Part shown: piece after piece, positions 58,233-59,037 of the stretch | How positions within the stretch are numbered: position 1 is the stretch's first letter | Layout of the letters: every line of letters starts with the position of its first letter | NCBI GenBank assembly: GCA_013115145.1 | Contig: JAAPAO010000166.1 | Span: 1-59,037 of the forward strand | Direction: 5' to 3' | Length of the DNA stretch: 59,037 bases | DNA from: Perkinsus chesapeaki ATCC PRA-425 | Lineage: Eukaryota > Protista > Perkinsozoa | Program-made: the position numbers and the translations under genes | The notes under the pieces: generated by a model | Told to the model about the DNA's origin: nothing | Database searches by the model: none | Seen by the model: the letters and a program-made list of their open reading frames with translations, nothing else

Positions 58233-58676
58233 TCATTTCATCCCCACTCTTATTTTTCGTCTCGATTGACAGTGTAGGCTCACAGCACTACTGTCATCCG
58301 CTTTGAGGGCTTTAAAGACGTTCTCGGTCTCGTATTGCGTGGACACCCAAACTGGAACACGCGGAACTTTTTGAAGTTTCTTGATTTCGCATTTGTGGTC
58401 TCCTCCCACAGTCAATTGTTGGTTCGGAATTTTACGACAAACTAAGCCACCCCTGCACATTCGCTCCGTTTTGTTTCGAAGCCACGGAAACTTACAATTT
58501 TCCCCGCGACCCAGTATCGGTGCAAGTTGAGTACTTCCTGGTAGTGTCAAGTGTTCACGTAGATTGAGGAACCCAAAACTGTCGTCTCGAGTGATAATGG
58601 GGATTGCAACGGAGAGGTCGAAGGAAAAGAATAGAATTATACTATTCAACCAACTAATCCATGTACTGGTGTGCAC
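58233..58676 (-). CDS. Secreted protein with a small Cys motif
   Basis: Hydrophobic leader (…LNSIILFFSFDLSVA) and the motif GENC-x11-CRGGLVC-x15-C. Confidence 0.55.
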   Translation of the reverse strand: MHTSTWISWLNSIILFFSFDLSVAIPIITRDDSFGFLNLREHLTLPGSTQLAPILGRGENCKFPWLRNKTERMCRGGLVCRKIPNQQLTVGGDHKCEIKKLQKVPRVPVWVSTQYETENVFKALKADDSSAVSLHCQSRRKIRVGMK

Positions 58677-59037
58677 ATTTAATAGTTAGTGCAATCGAGT
58701 ACAAGGGAAGAAGTTGGATTCCGCTCACAGCAACAAAAAAAACCCTGATCAAGCGACGACATCCTAGGCCTCTACATCCTCAAGGAGAATAGGCTGGCAT
58801 TCGGCTAACCAAAGTTAGCTTAGTCTTACGGGGATCACTTACAGCCCCGATACAATTGGAGCTGATGGATAGTAAAAGTAGTTAGGCAATGCATATGCGC
58901 CCTCCAATAAAATACGGGAAATTGGGTTAGGCTCATCTGTCTTTGTTATTCTCACCTGTTCTTTGTAATCTCAACATCTCTCGCTATCGAACCTATTCAC
59001 CATGAGAGTGCGCGCGCATCTGGTAAACTCGACATAT

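Overview
Intron-rich eukaryotic genomic DNA. Short GT-AG introns, acceptor-like AG sites just upstream of ATGs, lineage-specific secreted Cys-rich proteins and an SL-like relic are most consistent with a Perkinsus-type alveolate (inference; no database search was run). Recognisable genes: a UFSP2-like peptidase whose catalytic residues are all replaced, an oxalate/formate-antiporter-type MFS, an intronless DUF4470 + zf-MYND protein, a histone stem-loop binding protein (SLBP), a nucleotide pyrophosphatase/phosphodiesterase, a second MFS, an insulysin (M16A) with an intronic tRNA-Pro(TGG), an intronless F-box-like/beta-propeller protein, an intronless ATP-grasp ligase, a VAP (MSP domain) and TTC1. 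The window also holds several secreted hypothetical proteins and tandem repeats of 13, 32, 39, 48 and 55 bp. The most notable observations are: (1) the pseudo-protease UFSP2; (2) a duplicated ~195-bp upstream + signal-peptide cassette fused to unrelated highly charged helical peptides; (3) a spliced-leader-like relic in front of the 3.7-kb intronless MYND gene, suggesting mRNA recycling; (4) tRNA and tRNA-derived sequence built into splice signals of the insulysin introns; (5) a decayed 18S rRNA fragment next to a hairpin cluster. Exon boundaries were read by eye, and many multi-exon hypothetical genes are only approximately delimited.
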